Positions 49,215-63,559 of a stretch of DNA of 64,000 bases are shown here, in pieces. How positions within the stretch are numbered: position 1 is the stretch's first letter; every line of letters starts with the position of its first letter. The stretch comes from Lama guanicoe (lineage: Eukaryota), in NCBI GenBank assembly GCA_013239625.1, contig MU053881.1, positions 15,244,373 to 15,308,372 on the forward strand, written 5' to 3'. A program made the position numbers and the translations under genes. The notes under the pieces were generated by a model. It was not told the origin of the DNA, ran no database searches, and worked only from the letters and a program-made list of their open reading frames with translations.

Positions 49215-52200
49215 ATATAAAGAATGTTTAAAACTCAATAACAAACAAACAAAAAACCCCTAACAACTTATTTTAAAATGGGCTAAGGACATGAGTAGAC
49301 ATTTCTTCGAAGAAGATATATAAATGGCTAATAAGCACACGAAAAGATGCTCAACGTTATTAGTCATTAGGGAAATGCACATCAAAATCACAATGAGATG
49401 TTACTTCACACCCACCAGGATAGCTTTAAAAAAAATGGAAAATAACAAGTGTTGGTAAGGATGTGGAGAAACTGGAACACTTGTGCACTGGCAGTGGGAA
49501 AGTAAGATGGTGCAGCCCCTGTAGAAAAATAGTTAGGTGGTTCCTCAAAAAATTAAACAGAATTATCACATAGTCCAGCAACTCCACTTCTAGTATATAT
49601 CCAAAAGAATTGAAAGCAGAGTCTTGGGCAGATATCTGTACACCCATGTTCATAGCAGCATTATTCACAATAGCCAAAAGGTGGAAATAACCCATATGTC
49701 CATCAACTAAGCACTGGATAAACAAAATTTGGTATATCCATACAATAAAATAATATTCATCCTTAAAAGAGGAGGAAAATTCTGGCCTGAGCTACAGCAT
49801 GATTGAACCTTGAAAACATTATGCTGAGTGAAAGAAGCCAGACAAAAGGACAAAATGATATAATTCACACAACACTGTACATCAACTATACTTCAAAAGA
49901 AAAATTAAAAATAAGTAACAACAAAACTATACGATTCCACTTAAATGAGGTTCCTAGGACAGCCAGATTCATAAAGACAGAAAGTAGAATGGTGGGTGCC
50001 AGGGACTGGAGGACGGGGATGGGGAGTGAGTCTTTAATGGGGACAGAGTTCCAGTTTGGGAAGATGAAAAAAAGTTCTGGAGGTGGAGGGTAGTGATGGT
50101 TGCACAACAATGTGAATGTACTTAATGCCCTAAGCAGGACATGTATAAATAGTTAAGATGATAAATTTTATGTTCCCTATATTTGATCACAATTTGGAAA
50201 AGAAAAAGCAGGAAGCTACGGTCTGTATTAATTGCCTTACCTTTGGATGGCTTCCTGAGAACACATAATAAAGGCATCTGCTATTGTGCCAACACCAAGT
50301 GCTCTCAGGAGCCAGTCAACAGGAAGACAAACAGCTGCCCTTGGGCCTCCCGTGTCCAGGATCTGAGCACAGGATTCCCTGCGGCCCAGGCTGTTCTCTG
50401 TGTTACCAGCCTCTCCCCACTGGGCATTCAGGATGTGGCTCTTTGCCAGATGCACTTCATTTGTTGAAAGCTGAGACCTATCAGATTCTGATTTTAAATC
50501 CTCCCAAACTTTCTGGCATTCCTCCCTGCCTTTTCTTGATGGAAGTATCTAAAATCCACAGAGGAAATATCCACTTTAATGCCCTCCCCACAAATTTGCA
50601 GGAATTTCAAGTTTACAACAGTCTGGCCAGGAGGATGGCCCCGGGTATGTGAAGGCACCCAGTCTGGAGTCCTCCTTGGTTCCCTAAATGACTAATCCCG
50701 TCCCTTTATCAGATCTTGAACATGTCAGGGAAATGGGGATGCACTCACTTTTCATTTTCAAGAAATGTGAGTTTTCCAGAAAGTTACAAATTTAGAGGCA
50801 CAGAACACCCTTTCTCAAGCCCTAGGCTGGACGTCCTGCCATGTTCAACTCTGTTTTTCCAATGAAGGTAATATTTACTTAATATTTTCCTCAGACTCAT
50901 TCACTTAATTTTTTTCCCTTAAATAAATTTAGTCTCACCGCTAGGTGACCATATCTATGAAGTTATATGGTTTTTTCTAAAATACATTATATTAAATACA
51001 TAACCACCATAATATGTTTGTGTATTATACTTTTCATATATGAAATATTTCAAAAATAATTTATGGCACTTCTCTCTTCCTCCAAAAACATCTTTAAGTT
51101 ATTTTAACTCAAGTAATTTTTTTGAACACGGCATTTGGACTCTGCCCTCAGGCTAAAGACAAAAAGAACTAGAAGCAAATACTAAATTCTAACAAGTAGG
51201 CTTTCTTTTGTTGAATCATGGGTTAGCAATTCTGAAATTCCTTTCTGTTTATTCTAGGACTGATCAAAGAAGTGAATGCACTGGGGATTGCGGGGGAAGA
51301 GTGTTCACGCTACTGGCAGAAGGAGTCACAATTCTGTGGTGTTGGATCAGAACTGGAGGTATCTGTGCAAACTCCAGGGTTTTGATATAGAAATGGGTGT
51401 GGAGGTGCGTGTATGGATAGGTGTGAATGTACATGCCTCTATTTTCCAGCTCTATCCATTGACAGCTCAAAAGCAATGACATCCTAGCAGCAATGAGCAC
51501 ACCCAGCTCCCACCTGCTGATGTTAAATATTATTCTCCATTAAAAGAATGAAGGCTTTTTCAGAGAAGTTGCTCATTTCAGGGATGGGGCAGAGAAAGTA
51601 CAAAGGTGAACTGGAAATTACCATATGACTCAGCAATTCCTCTCCTGATACATAAATAAATAAGTGTGTGTGTGTGTATGAGAAATGAAGGTCTACAACC
51701 ACATAAAAACTTATGTGAATGTCCATAGCAGCATCATTCATATTCATAACCAAAAGGTGGAAATAACCCAAATGTCCATCAATGGGTGAACAAATAAACA
51801 AAATGTACAACAGAATATTACTCAGCGATGAAAAAGAATGATTAATGCTACACTGATTCATGCTACAACATGGATGAACCTCAAAAATGTTACGCTGAGT
51901 GAAAGAAGCCAGACACAAAAGGCCACCTCTTATATGATTCCATTTACATGAAATGTCCAGAACAGGCAAATCCATAGAGATTAGTGGTTATCAGGGACTA
52001 AGAAAAAGGAAGAATGGGAGTGATAGTTAATGGGTATGGGTTTCTTTTGGAGGTGATGAAAAGGTTCTGGAATTAGGTAGAGGTGATGGTTGTACAACTC
52101 TGTGAATATACTATAAGCTACTAAATTCTATACCAAAATATAAAGAGTGAATTTTATGGTACCTGATTGTATCTCGATAAAATTATATCTCAATTAAAAA

Positions 52201-54200
52201 AAAAGCATACAAAGCATCTGAGATCCAACACTTTGGCAAAATCAGAAAGGGGGCGTAGGGGGAGGATGCCCTGCTAAATGCAATGTAGGATCCGAGGTGG
52301 GATCCTGGAACAGAAAAAGGACATTAGTGGGAAAACTCGTGAAACCCAAATAAAGTCTAGAGTTTAGCTAATAGCAATGGACCAATGTTGGTTTCTTCAT
52401 TTTGAGAAATGCAGTCACTATTTAAGATATTAACACTAGGGAAAATCGAGTGAAGGGTAGATGGGAATTCTTTATATGACCTTGGTAATTTCTTTGTAAA
52501 TCTCAAATTTCTCTGAAATAAAAAGTATATTTCAAAAAAGTGAGCCTGGAACCAAAAAGGAAGGAAGTGTTCAAGAATGTCGGGGACATGGTGAAAAGAC
52601 AAAGGATCCCATCTGAAGGGGCCAGGGCCAAATCTCGGACAATTTGAGCATCAAAGTTAAGAGAATAAGAGACTATCATTTATTGAAAATGGTAAGTACC
52701 CATGAGTCCACAGAGACACTAACAAACTTACAGAGGAAGGCCATAAAAAATGTCGAAGGAAAGACACAATTAGAAAACCACCATTCAGCAGCCATTGTGC
52801 TAAAATAACAACTGATTCAGGAGAGACTCACCAGAGGATGCTAATATCGTCTCAAAGTATCTCTTTATGGTCTCAAAGTATCTCTCTATGGGATAGTTTT
52901 TAATTACAAAGGGCAAGATAGTAACTTTGCAGGAAAGAAATCCACCAGACCTCGCCTTAAGCAACTGATGGAGATCAACGGTACCAGTAATGAGACACAT
53001 TAATATACCCAGTGCCTCCTGATACCATGCACAGAAAAGGACACAACACTGCTTCTGTGGGATTCCTGCCCCAAACACCCAGCTTCAGTCTAGTCATGAG
53101 GACGCATCGGAGAAACCACCAGAGGGACCCTCTCCAAAGCACCGAGCAGTTCGTAGCAAACGTGTTATGCCATGAGACACAAAGTAAGACTGAGGGATTT
53201 TCCAGATCACGGGGGATTAAAGAAATGGGACAACTGAACGACATGCATAATCTGGAATTTTCTTTTGCTGTAAAGGATGTTAATGAAATGATTGGCAAAA
53301 ACCTGAATCAGGGCTACAGATGATAGAATTGTATCAATATTCAGTGAGTCTGATTTTGATCACTGTGCTGAGCCTGTATTTTAGGAAATATACAGTGACT
53401 TATAAGGGTAGAGGGGTATCATGTCTGCAGCTGACACAGAGCATGACAGCTCCTCAAAATATTAAATACAGAATTAGCATATGATGCAGCAATTCCACTC
53501 CAGGGTGCACACCCACAAGAATTGAAAGCAGGGTCTTGAAGAGATATTTGTATGTCCATGTTCATAGCAGCATTATTTCCAAGAGCTAAAATGCAGATGC
53601 CTCCCAGCTGTCCTGACCAATGAATGGATAAGCAAAATGTGGTATACATGTGCAACGGAATCTTAATCAACCTTCAAGGGGAAGGAAATTCAGACATATG
53701 CTACAACATGAATGAACCTTGAAAACGTCATGCCAAATGAAATAAGCCAGACACAAAAGGACCAAATTGTATAGTTCTGCTTACACGAGGTCCCTAGAGT
53801 AGACAGATGTATAGAGACGGAAAGTTAAAGAGTGAGGGCTGGGGGCTGTCAGGAGTGAGGAATGGGGAGTTAGTGTTTAATGGGGACAGTTTCAGTTTGG
53901 GAAGAATGAAAAAGTTCTGGAAATGAATGATGGTAATGGTTGCAAAACAATGTAAATACACTTAACGTCCCTGAACTGCACATTTAATAATGGTTAAGAT
54001 GGAAAGTCTGATGGCATATATATTTTACCACAATTTAAAAAATGACTTGAGAGTCAAGAAAAAAATTTTTAACTTTATCTACGTAGCTAGCTATTTATCT
54101 ATAAAGAGCAAATGGAATATAGTGTTAACATTTGGGGAATTTGGGTGTGAAAGGACTTCTTTGCACTATTCTTATAATGTGTCAAATGTTTTTTAAAATT
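49215..54200 (+). mobile_element. Cluster of old L1 3'-end fragments (with some unique sequence ~50200-51100)
   Basis: Repeated L1 3'UTR motifs at 49215-50200, 51610-52200, 52270-52540 and 53450-54040. Confidence 0.65.
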
Positions 54201-54207
54201 ACTTATT

Positions 54208-54326
54208 TGGGGAGTAATTTGATTGATTGATTGATTGGTTTTAGAGGAGGTACTGGGGATTGAACCAAGGACCTCACGCATGCTAAGAATGTGCTCTAGC
54301 CCTTGAGCTATATCCTCCTCCCCCCC
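54208..54326 (-). mobile_element. tRNA-derived SINE
   Basis: Reverse-complement SINE core. Confidence 0.8.
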
Positions 54327-56384
54327 AATTTTTTTTAACTGAATGGGATAAATATTGTTTCCTCTTCCCCTATGGCTTGGAGGAGAAATCTCTAGTATAG
54401 ACCTTCTCCTGACATAAAGTAAAAAAAAACAAAAAAAAAACAAAAACCAACAACAACAACAACAAAAACTCACCTATCTATGCATCTGATCAACCACAAC
54501 CCTATTTTTCCTTACCCTCCTGTCCCTCGCTGCTTGAAATTTTCCTGCCCCCTCCCCTGTTGTTTCCTTATGGCTCTGGCAGCTCTTTATGGCAACAGAA
54601 AATATGTTGAAAGGCCAGTAATTAAAAGACTCCATCTCCCAGATTAAGTGAGGACTTTTATTTGTTCAGAGTTTCACTCGGGGAGTTGTCCCCAAACTGA
54701 GACTGCTGTACACAAGCCCAGGCAAGTCAGTTTGGTGGAACCACCTCCGCGGGCTGGGGCGGGGGGACTGCTGCTAACTCGACTAGTGACTAAGCCAAGG
54801 AACCCTCTGTGGGGTGCAGGAACTCTCTCGGTGGCCACTGTGACATGTGATGTGCCCAGGCAAGACACCTGGCTCAGGGCAGCAGCCCCTCCCCATGGAC
54901 CCTCTCTCTGACCCTCTCCCTTGACCCAGTAGAGCAGGTGCCATGTGCTGAGCACCCTCACCAGCCCATAGCAACTCAAGGGTGGCTCCCACTGGGTGAT
55001 GTTTACCGAGCATTAGTGGGAAGAATCACCCACATGGATTTTTTCATGGCAGGAAATAAACTGGGGCCACCAGGGAGCCATGAAGCGAGTCACTTTCTTC
55101 TCCTAATCTTTGCCCCTCAAGTCCTCTGAGTCCCCATCTAGATCCTCCCAATCTGGGGGAAAAAAAAATACAGAAACCACCAGCAAAGATGGACACACAC
55201 CCTGTGGCCAGCATTCCCACAGAGAGGCATCCACATGTTCACCAGAGACCCTGAGGGGGCGTCCCTGCTGCTTTATTCTTGGGGAGCAAATCCCAAAGCC
55301 CCCAGGGCCAGGGCCCATGGGAAGAGGGGTGAGTTAGAAAAGGAACCAGTTGCCCACCCCCCCCACTCGCTGGCCCTGACCCTACACCAATGCAGGCTGA
55401 GCAAAAGCAGCTGGAGCTAGAGGAACACAAAGGCTGTGCCATCCCGTTCATTGGTTTGCAGCTTGACAGCAGGCAAAACTCACCTGTGGTAACTGAGCTC
55501 AGGACAGCAGCTGCCTATGGGCAGGATGAAGAGTGATGGCGGAGGCGAGGGGCAGGAAAGAATGTTTAGGGTGGATAGAAATCAGCCAACCCTCTTGATC
55601 AAAGTATTGGTGACATGGGCTTAAATACTTTTCACCAAAGTGACGGGGACACTAAAGATCTGTTTATGTCCTTCTACAAATTATTCCCTAGTTCTAATAA
55701 GGGCAACAGTTGTGTGTGGGGGGCACCAGTAATTGAGCTAAACTCTTTGCCTCTAAACTTTCTGCTCCAAACGGTTCTCCTGGGGTGGGAAGCAGCGCAC
55801 CCCAAGTCCCACAACAATCTGCAGCGAATGCAGTTACCAAGTGCATACTGTGAAAGGAATGGAGCTTGTGCGCCCCAGACGACACATTGTCTACACCCTG
55901 TCTACCTGACAAGACCCTGCCGCGCGGCTGCGTCTGACCGATTCCCTTGACCCCACGACAAAGACCCCCTTTGTTCCCTGGTTAATATCCTTAGCAGGTC
56001 TGTCTAGACTCACTGTGCCAGTGATTGTCCCGTGATGTCACCAGGACCAGTGACCCAGCTCCTCCTCGCCCCACTTGGGCAGGGAAGGCTCCAGAAGCCC
56101 CCAAGACCCAGAGTTTCCAGCCCTCAACACCCACCTGAGCCTCCTAGGGAGAGACAGACCCGAAGCTAGCATCCCATGTCCACCATCCAAGACCTGGGAG
56201 AGACAGGACACTTGAAAAATCCACTCCCTCTTGTGTGAGGGGCTGAAGAGAGGTGCCATCCTGGGAAAGAGGCAAGGAGGGTTGCCCCTCTGTCCCTAGA
56301 ACTCCCACCTCCTAAGTGTGGCTGGTGGGAAACAGTCCACTCTCTGCTGGGACACAAGTTCACCCAGGGCACGAGGAAGGAAGG

Positions 56385-56845
56385 TCAGATGAGAGAGAGA
56401 GAGACAGAGAGACAGAGAAACAGAAAGAGAAGAGGAGGGGAGGGAGTGAAAGACAAAGGTGGAAAGAGACTGATGGAGAGAAAAAGGAAGAGAGACAGAA
56501 AAAGAGTGAGAGACCAAGAGGGACCCATAGAGAGGCCAAGAGAAACAGGCAGAGACAGAAGGGGGGAGAGACAAAGAAATATACAGAGAGAGACAGACAG
56601 AAACAGAGAGATGGAGAAAGGAGGGGTGAGAGACAGATTGAGAGAGAGAGAGTAAGAGACAGGCGGGAAGAGACAGAGACCCAAGAGTGGCCAAGAGAAA
56701 CTGAGAGACAGAAGAGAGAGAAAGACGGGGAGAGAAATATGGAGAGAGATGAGAAAAGAGAAGGGGAGAAACAGAGAGAGACACACCCAGAGAGAGGCTA
56801 AGCGTGACAGAGACAGAAAGAAGGGGAGAAACAGATGGAGAGACG
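56385..56845. repeat. GA-rich low-complexity tract
   Basis: Degenerate (GA)n/(GACA)n; source of the spurious Ser/Leu- and Glu/Arg-rich ORFs. Confidence 0.85.
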
Positions 56846-58822
56846 CTAGCTGGCCCCTGGGAGAGGAGGAGGACTTCCTTCTACAGGTGGCAACTTGAGC
56901 TTCAGAAAAATTCGTTGGGACAGGAAGTAACTGCCGATCACTCCACCTAACCAAACACCCATCTTCAGCTTGAGGTGACAGACATCAATTTTCACCCACA
57001 ACTAGTGTCTGGATCACACCAAAAACACTCCGAGGAGTATTTTCTTGAGGGACGAGTTTGAGCTATCCAATGCCACCCTTTCCAGGGGCAAATTCGTATT
57101 GTCCAGCAGAACTGAAAAGTGCCAACAGCAACTCTGAGCCACCCCACTGGCGGATCCTGCAGATGCCCTGCTTCACAGAAAGTGGAGGACCAAAGTGAGT
57201 CTCTATTGACACCAAGTTGTAGCAAAGGCAAAATGCACCGATGCTGGTTATTAAGTCAGCAGAGGTTTACACCTGGAGGTGGGGGTGGGGCACGGTGGGA
57301 GTAGCTGAGAAAGGACACTAGGAGCGTCTGCAATGGAGAGGAAAAGAGAAGGGGCTGGCAATGTTCTAGATCTTGATCTGGATTCAAGGGACGCGAAGGT
57401 GCACATGTGTAAAATTTCAGGGCTGCACACACTCAGCATATGCATGTGCGACTCCAGGTTTGTTTTTCAAAAGGGAAACAATCAGATCTGGGAAGGTCAG
57501 CATCTTTTTAGCTGGGGAATGGTAGAGATTCCTCTCTTCTTGTTTCATAAACTTGAAGAAGAAAATTGGAAGTCTTCTAGAGGCGAGGTCTGGAGAGATG
57601 GTTGACTAAAATATAAGGGGTATTTCCCCTCCAGCAGCAGGATGAAAAGCTGCTATCCTCCACCATCCGAGTCCCAAAGCTCGGAGGGATTTCCAAAGAT
57701 TGTTTAATTGATTTTTCTCCTATTTAGATGCAGATCATAGTGTCTGGGGCCCAGGAATTCAGACACACGGCTTTGTGTCCACTCAGCCCCGTGAAGACTC
57801 CTGTCTGAAACTCGCACAAAGCCAGACACACACGTCTTCAGAAACACGCTGTTTCCTTTTTGTCTGGGGCTCCAGGGAGCGGGTGCAACGAGCAGGGCCT
57901 CAGACACGCTCCCATCTGCAAGGTCCGGGGGACCCCGTCCCTCTGTCCTGCTAGCAAAGTGGGGTGGAAATTTTCAAAAAGGGGTAGGAATAAGGCTGAG
58001 ATTTTGAGGTCTGGAAGAGGGGTGATCAGAAAGGTGGGGAGCCCCAACAGACAGTTGACACATTGAAGTTTCAACTTGGATTTTTCTCCAAATTCAGGGC
58101 TCTGGAGTGGAAAACGGGATGCTTTAAATCAAGCAGCTAATGGGCTAGGAGTAACACGGTTTGGCTCCGGTCTCTGCAGATCTGATTTATATAAGGAGAA
58201 AACGTTTCTCTCTCTCTCTGCCCATTGTTCCCCAGTCTGTCCCTCCAAATGCCCCATCTGACAAAGAAACTGGACAGTTCCCGACAGCGGGAAAAACCAA
58301 CCCCCCCCACCAAAATGCAGCCTCCTCTTCCTAAAGCTGCCAGGAGGCAACACTGAGGGTCACTGCACCCCCTCTACAAGGTTAATACATCCCCCAACAA
58401 CCCTACCTGGTCCCCCCCCAAAACCTGGTTGGAGCATGGGACACTTCTGAAGCAAGGCCACTCTGGTTTCTGGGCTGGATGATCTTGGATAACTCTGGGA
58501 CTCAGTTTTCTCATCCAGAAAGTGGGCCCAAGAATAACTGCACCTAAGGGTTGTTGGGAGAACTCAGCGCTGGGCAGCAAAAACAAAAAAACAAACAAAA
58601 AAAAACCCAACAACAACAAATACTGCTTGACATAGAACAAGCACTCAACAAATGTGAGCTACAGCGGAAACTATCTGGGAGGAAGTGTGTGTCAGGCTTA
58701 AATCTCTCAGGAAGCTTCACAGGAGATGTTCTCTTCGCAGATTCCTTTCTTTCTTTGGTGCCAAATATTTCCAGGGGAAGCCCAGCCCCCAAGCCTGATT
58801 CCTCCCCTCTGGATCCAGTTAC

Positions 58823-58875
58823 CTGGACTGCAATCCAGCTGGCGTTCACCGTGTGTTCCCCAAAAGGGCCAAACC
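58823..58875 (-). CDS. PGPEP1: PGPEP1 exon 2
   Basis: ttttcag|GG...CAG|gtaact; GFGPFGEHTVNASWIAVQ contains the peptidase C15 N-terminal TGFGPF motif. 53 nt. Confidence 0.95.
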
Positions 58876-60918
58876 CTGAAAAAAAAAATAAAATAAAAGC
58901 GGCATGTCACCACCCAGTGGCCCTCCCTGGCCCGCCCAGGGCCAGGCTGCTGCTTTCATTCAGGTGAACGGAGCCGGGAGCCTCGGGAGCAGCTGCCACC
59001 TGGGACATAGTTCTGGGGTGCACCCAGTAGCCCTTCAGAGCCCTTCACCACACATACCTGTCTGCTCTTAACTGAAGCTGTGAGTCCTTTCTTGGCCTCA
59101 CTTTCACCTGATCTTTGTGCCTGGCAAGGGGCCAGCAGCCTCCTTTTGCCCCAGAAAAGGCTAGCTTTGTTCTTGTCTCAGTTTCTTTCCCTATCCTTGA
59201 CCCCCAAATATAATTTTTTATCACTATCTTTGTGCTTCTTCCCTGGACTCTGGGGCTGCAGGGCGAGAGGAGCTCCAGGAATCACCACCTGATAAGGAAT
59301 GGCCCTTAGAGGATGCACATGGGTATCACCCAGGCCAAGCTGTCCAGACACCATCCTGCCAGCCTCCTCCCTACTGACTCAAACTCCAGGCCCCATTTAT
59401 AAACCAGAAAGTCACCTGAGGATGCTAAATGCTCTGTATGCCCTGTGTCATTCAGCCTCACTGTGTACCCCTTTCAGGCAAGGATGAATTTTACAGGCCC
59501 ATTTTACAGGAGCTGGGACTGAGGCACAGAGAGGTGAAGCCAGCTGCCCAAGGTCACACAGCAAGAAGACAGAAGAGCAGGGATTGAAATCCAGATCCAT
59601 GAGAGTCCATGATCTCCCCTTCTAATCACCCCAACATACTGCCTAGAAAATAAACATCTCCAAGAGAGGCTGATATTGAAGCATGGGTCACTCTACCCGG
59701 GCTGAGTGTCCAAGTGGTGTCAAGGCCCCGGGGAGAGATGCTATGCCCTGGTACAGCAGGGAGTCTCCAAATAGAGTCAGAACCTCTCCACCCCATTCCT
59801 CTTCCTGCACAGACCAAGAATGAGTTTCAGTTCAGCCACTTAACAAACAAGGTGCCTCTGTGAGCCTCATTTTCCCGTCTTCCAAATGGAGACAGTGAAG
59901 CTGTAATGAACTCATGCAAGAAAAGTGCCCAGTCCAGTGGCTTCCTGCTGAGTCAGCAATGGAGTAATAAAAGCAGATACAGAAGGCTGCAGGGGACAGG
60001 GATCCTCTGGCAATTTTACACAATTGTTAGTCAGTTAAGTGGCTCCTTCCATCTTCCTGGGATTCCAGGACCAGCTCCACCCTCCCGTGGCTACAAAACA
60101 CCTATTAGAACCTTAGCTGAATTTCTCACTCTACTCCTCCAGACAGGGGGTCAAAAGGATCCCTCAGTCAGAGGCCGGCCGGAAGCTGACGCTCACGAGG
60201 CCCCTGAGGCAGAGTCTCCTGGAGGAGGAACAGTTGGTTTCGGGGAGTTGGTGACAGCGGCGGCCAGGCTCACCCACAAACAGCCTGGGCAGAAAAGATT
60301 TTGACCAAAACAGTCCCTGGGAAAACCAGGAGAGCGGCCGGGTTCCCGAGGTCCCCCAAACTCCACCTGTTTCTGCCTAGAGGAGCAGCCCCCCATTAGC
60401 GCTGGGCTCTGGGAACAGTGGCTGGCAAGAGATTCATTTGTCACCGGGGCACTTCCTACCCGCAAATCAGTCTTTGTCCCCTGGGACCCGGACGGTGACA
60501 AACCCGACCTCGCGAGGGGCAGGGAGGAGTCCAGTCCAGCTTGCCGGCAGGGCAGACAGAACAAACAGGTGCCCGTTGGGTCACTGTCCCCAACCGGGGA
60601 AGGAAGGACGCCAGAAGGGCCTGTTCCGTGCGGGACACTTGCCAGGAACCCCCACGTCTTTGCCTGCCCCGACCCCTGACAGCGGGACCACAGGGGCGCT
60701 CCCTGCTTCACTTTCTATGTCCCACTTTCTATGTCGCACGGACTGACTTGGGCTCCCGTGGGCGATGACATCTTCCAAACCTGGGACGACTTCTATCTAG
60801 CACCTGCCCCGCCCGGGCCACCGCGCTCCTCCCGGCCCGGCTGCCTCCGGAGCCTCCCGACCCGCCCCTGCCCCGGGCCGCTGCCACCGCGACCGCCATC
60901 AGCGCACTGCCCGCGTAC

Positions 60919-60952
60919 CCGTCACCACCACTGCCTTCCTGGGCTGCTCCAT
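60919..60952 (-). CDS. PGPEP1: Pyroglutamyl-peptidase I, coding exon 1
   Basis: Strong Kozak GCCGCCATGG, MEQPRKAVVVT-G, donor G|GTACGC. 34 nt. Confidence 0.93.
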
Positions 60953-61036
60953 GGCGGCTTCAGGCTGCGCCTCTGACCCGCTCCTGTCGGGACTCGAGAG
61001 TCCGCTGCGGCCGCCTCCCCCGCCGCCGCCCCGCCC

Positions 61037-61134
61037 NNNNNNNNNNNNNNNNNNNNNNNNNNNNNNNNNNNNNNNNNNNNNNNNNNNNNNNNNNNNNNNN
61101 NNNNNNNNNNNNNNNNNNNNNNNNNNNNNNNNNN
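61037..61134. other. Assembly gap (98 N)
   Basis: Run of N inside the GC-rich PGPEP1 promoter/5'UTR. Confidence 1.
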
Positions 61135-62949
61135 CCGCCCCCGGCCCCGCCCCGGCCCTGCCCCGGCCCCGCCCCACTGCGTGCGCGTCCCCGGGCCCGA
61201 GACGCAGCGTGCGCGCCCCATTCCGAACTCTCTCCCCAAGTTTCTGACTGCCGGTACTTCACTGCCTCAGTTTCCCCACCTGTAAGATGGGGACAGTTCG
61301 TCCCGCAGTGTGTAGTCAGGCACTGAGGAAGAGCCGCTCGTTTATTCCGCAAGCGTTCACTGAGCGCCTGCTGTGAATTATGCCGCTTCCCCCACCTCCC
61401 TGTCAGCAAGTCTCCACTGTTCAGCCCCGTTTACAGCTGAGGAAACTGAGGCATAGTTCGGAAGGCCACTCACCTAAAGCCTCCTGAGGTCGCAGAAGCG
61501 CAAAACAGGCTCCTATGTTGCTAAGGAGGCTGATGTGGCCCCAGAGACCTCAGCCTCCCCTCCTTCCATCTCCCCAATACTCAGCTGCTCTAACCCCAGC
61601 AGCCCTCCAAGGGCCTAACACAGTCCCACCTCAGGGCCTTTGCACTTGCTGTTCCCTCTGCCTGGAACATGCTCTGCAGTTACCGGCTTCCACAGGGCTC
61701 AGCTGGAACATCACCTCCTCCTAGGGGTCCAACTCACCCCGGCCCAAATCTCCACCCCAACTCACTACGCCAGTAGTTCCATCCCATTTCCTTGTTTCCT
61801 CCTCTTCATAGTTGCAATCACATTCAGAAATCATTCCTTTATAGGCGCTGCTTTTCTAATTTCTTTCCCATTTCCTGCCCTGACTTGCGGGTCAGGGGCA
61901 TGTCTCCATTAGAGCCATGTGCCTGGCACACAACAGGTCCCCAACCAACGTTTAGCAGAGGCCAGAATTCCTCCAAAAATAGCCAGAAAAATTAAGCTGA
62001 GTTTCTGGCTACATCATTAGAAACTGGGCTGGACCTTGGACTTGGGTCACTGACATCTCATTCCAAGCAGCCTTGGCCCTGGATTAGCCAGGGTGCTGAC
62101 CAAGGACTGTCTGCCTCTGGCCCAGGCCTCAGAATACCCAGGGCAGTGTCTCTGGACTGCCGGGAGCCTTGTTTGCGAGCTCAGACCAGAGGTCACACAC
62201 TCAGCAGCTATTTTGGTCTCTGGCAGCTTCAGGTAGAATTCAGAAAATCTGAGATCCTGCCTGGGCCGGTTGTGGGATTGAGACCTCTGCCAAGTGGAAG
62301 AAGAGAACAGAACAAAAATCTCACCAAGAATCAGGTTTTATAACTCACACATGTAGTAAGTGTCTGGTACTAAGTGCCAGTGTTGCTGCTAAAAGCCGGG
62401 GATATGGAGACAGGCAAACCACAGCAGGTTTCATTCCCCTCAACACACTGGGGGAAAAAAAAGAGGAAACTGATGACACTCAGAGTTAGTGGTGATGGGA
62501 GAAACTGAGTCACATGCTATTGCTGTGAGTGACTGGGGGTAAAGGCTTGTGTTCCCTGGACACAGACCCTGTTTAAGCACATCACTTTTCAAATGTGCTC
62601 TCTTTTTTAATATCACAAACCCTTGGAGGGAGGAACTATTCTTATCCCATTTTGCAAGTGAGGAAACAGACCCAGAGCAGCTAAGCCACTCGTCCCAAGT
62701 CACACATGGAAGGGGCTGGGATTTGGATCAGGAATAAGTGGGTGAGTCCTTAGCAGAGGACAAATGGGGCCGAAGAAGCCTGGCTGGAGGGACTGAGATA
62801 TGTGTTCACAATCCAACTCTGCAGTAGTGTAACCAGCAGCACACGCCTGTGAGAGGTTAGGTGAAGGGATGGGGAGGGATGGAGCGCCCTTTCTTAAAAA
62901 AGCAAGATGGTTACATTGGAAAGCCAAAGACAATAAAGTGGGGCAGCTA

Positions 62950-63515
62950 CTGTGGATAAGTTTGGCAGAAGTTAAATGTAGTTACCATAGGCCCCAGCAG
63001 TTCCACTCTTAGGGACAAACCCAAAATAATTAAAAATAGATGTTCAAATCCTGTAGGTGAAAGTTCATGACCGTACAATTCACAATCGCCAAAAGGTAGA
63101 AAAGGAAACAAATGTTTATCCATAGATGAATAGATAAACAAATTGTGGCCCATCCACACAGTGGAATGTTACTCAACAGTAAAAATGAAGGAAGCCCTGA
63201 CACATGCAAAGACGTGGATGAATCTTGAAAACGTCACACTGAGCGAAAGAAGCCAGACCCAAAAGGCCATATAGTGTATGGTCCCACTGATATGAAACGT
63301 CCAGAGCAGGCAAATTCATAGAGACAGAAAGCAGATTAGAGGGGAAGTGGGGGAAAGCGACTGCTAGTGGGGACAGGGTTTCTTCTGGGAGTGATGAAAG
63401 TGTTCTGAAACTAGATAAGAGGAGGGGAGTGCACAACAGATAAGAGGAGGGGGATGTATTTAATGCCATTGTGCACTTTAAAATGGTTTAAGTGGTGTTA
63501 TGTGTATTTTATCAC
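62950..63515 (+). mobile_element. Old L1 3' fragment
   Basis: TGAATCTTGAAAACGTCACACTGAGCGAAAGAAGCCAGAC...GCAAATTCATAGAGACAGAAAG. Confidence 0.75.

Positions 63516-63558
<43 letters not shown>
63516..63558. repeat. (AAT)n microsatellite
   Basis: Directly visible. Confidence 0.95.

Positions 63559-63559
<1 letters not shown>

Larger units (their letters stand above)
60150..61260 (-). promoter_or_regulatory. PGPEP1 CpG-island promoter with multiple GC boxes
   Basis: Dense CpG and repeated CCGCCC/CCCCGCCC around 61020-61175, flanking exon 1. Confidence 0.8.

Noticed and set aside
52850..52891. 21-bp tandem duplication TCTCAAAGTATCTCT(T/C)TATGG
   Set aside because: Two copies only, inside an old repeat; ordinary slippage, not a CRISPR-like or functional array.
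56296..56954. Several 160-190 aa ORFs on both strands
   Set aside because: Products of the GA-rich simple repeat.
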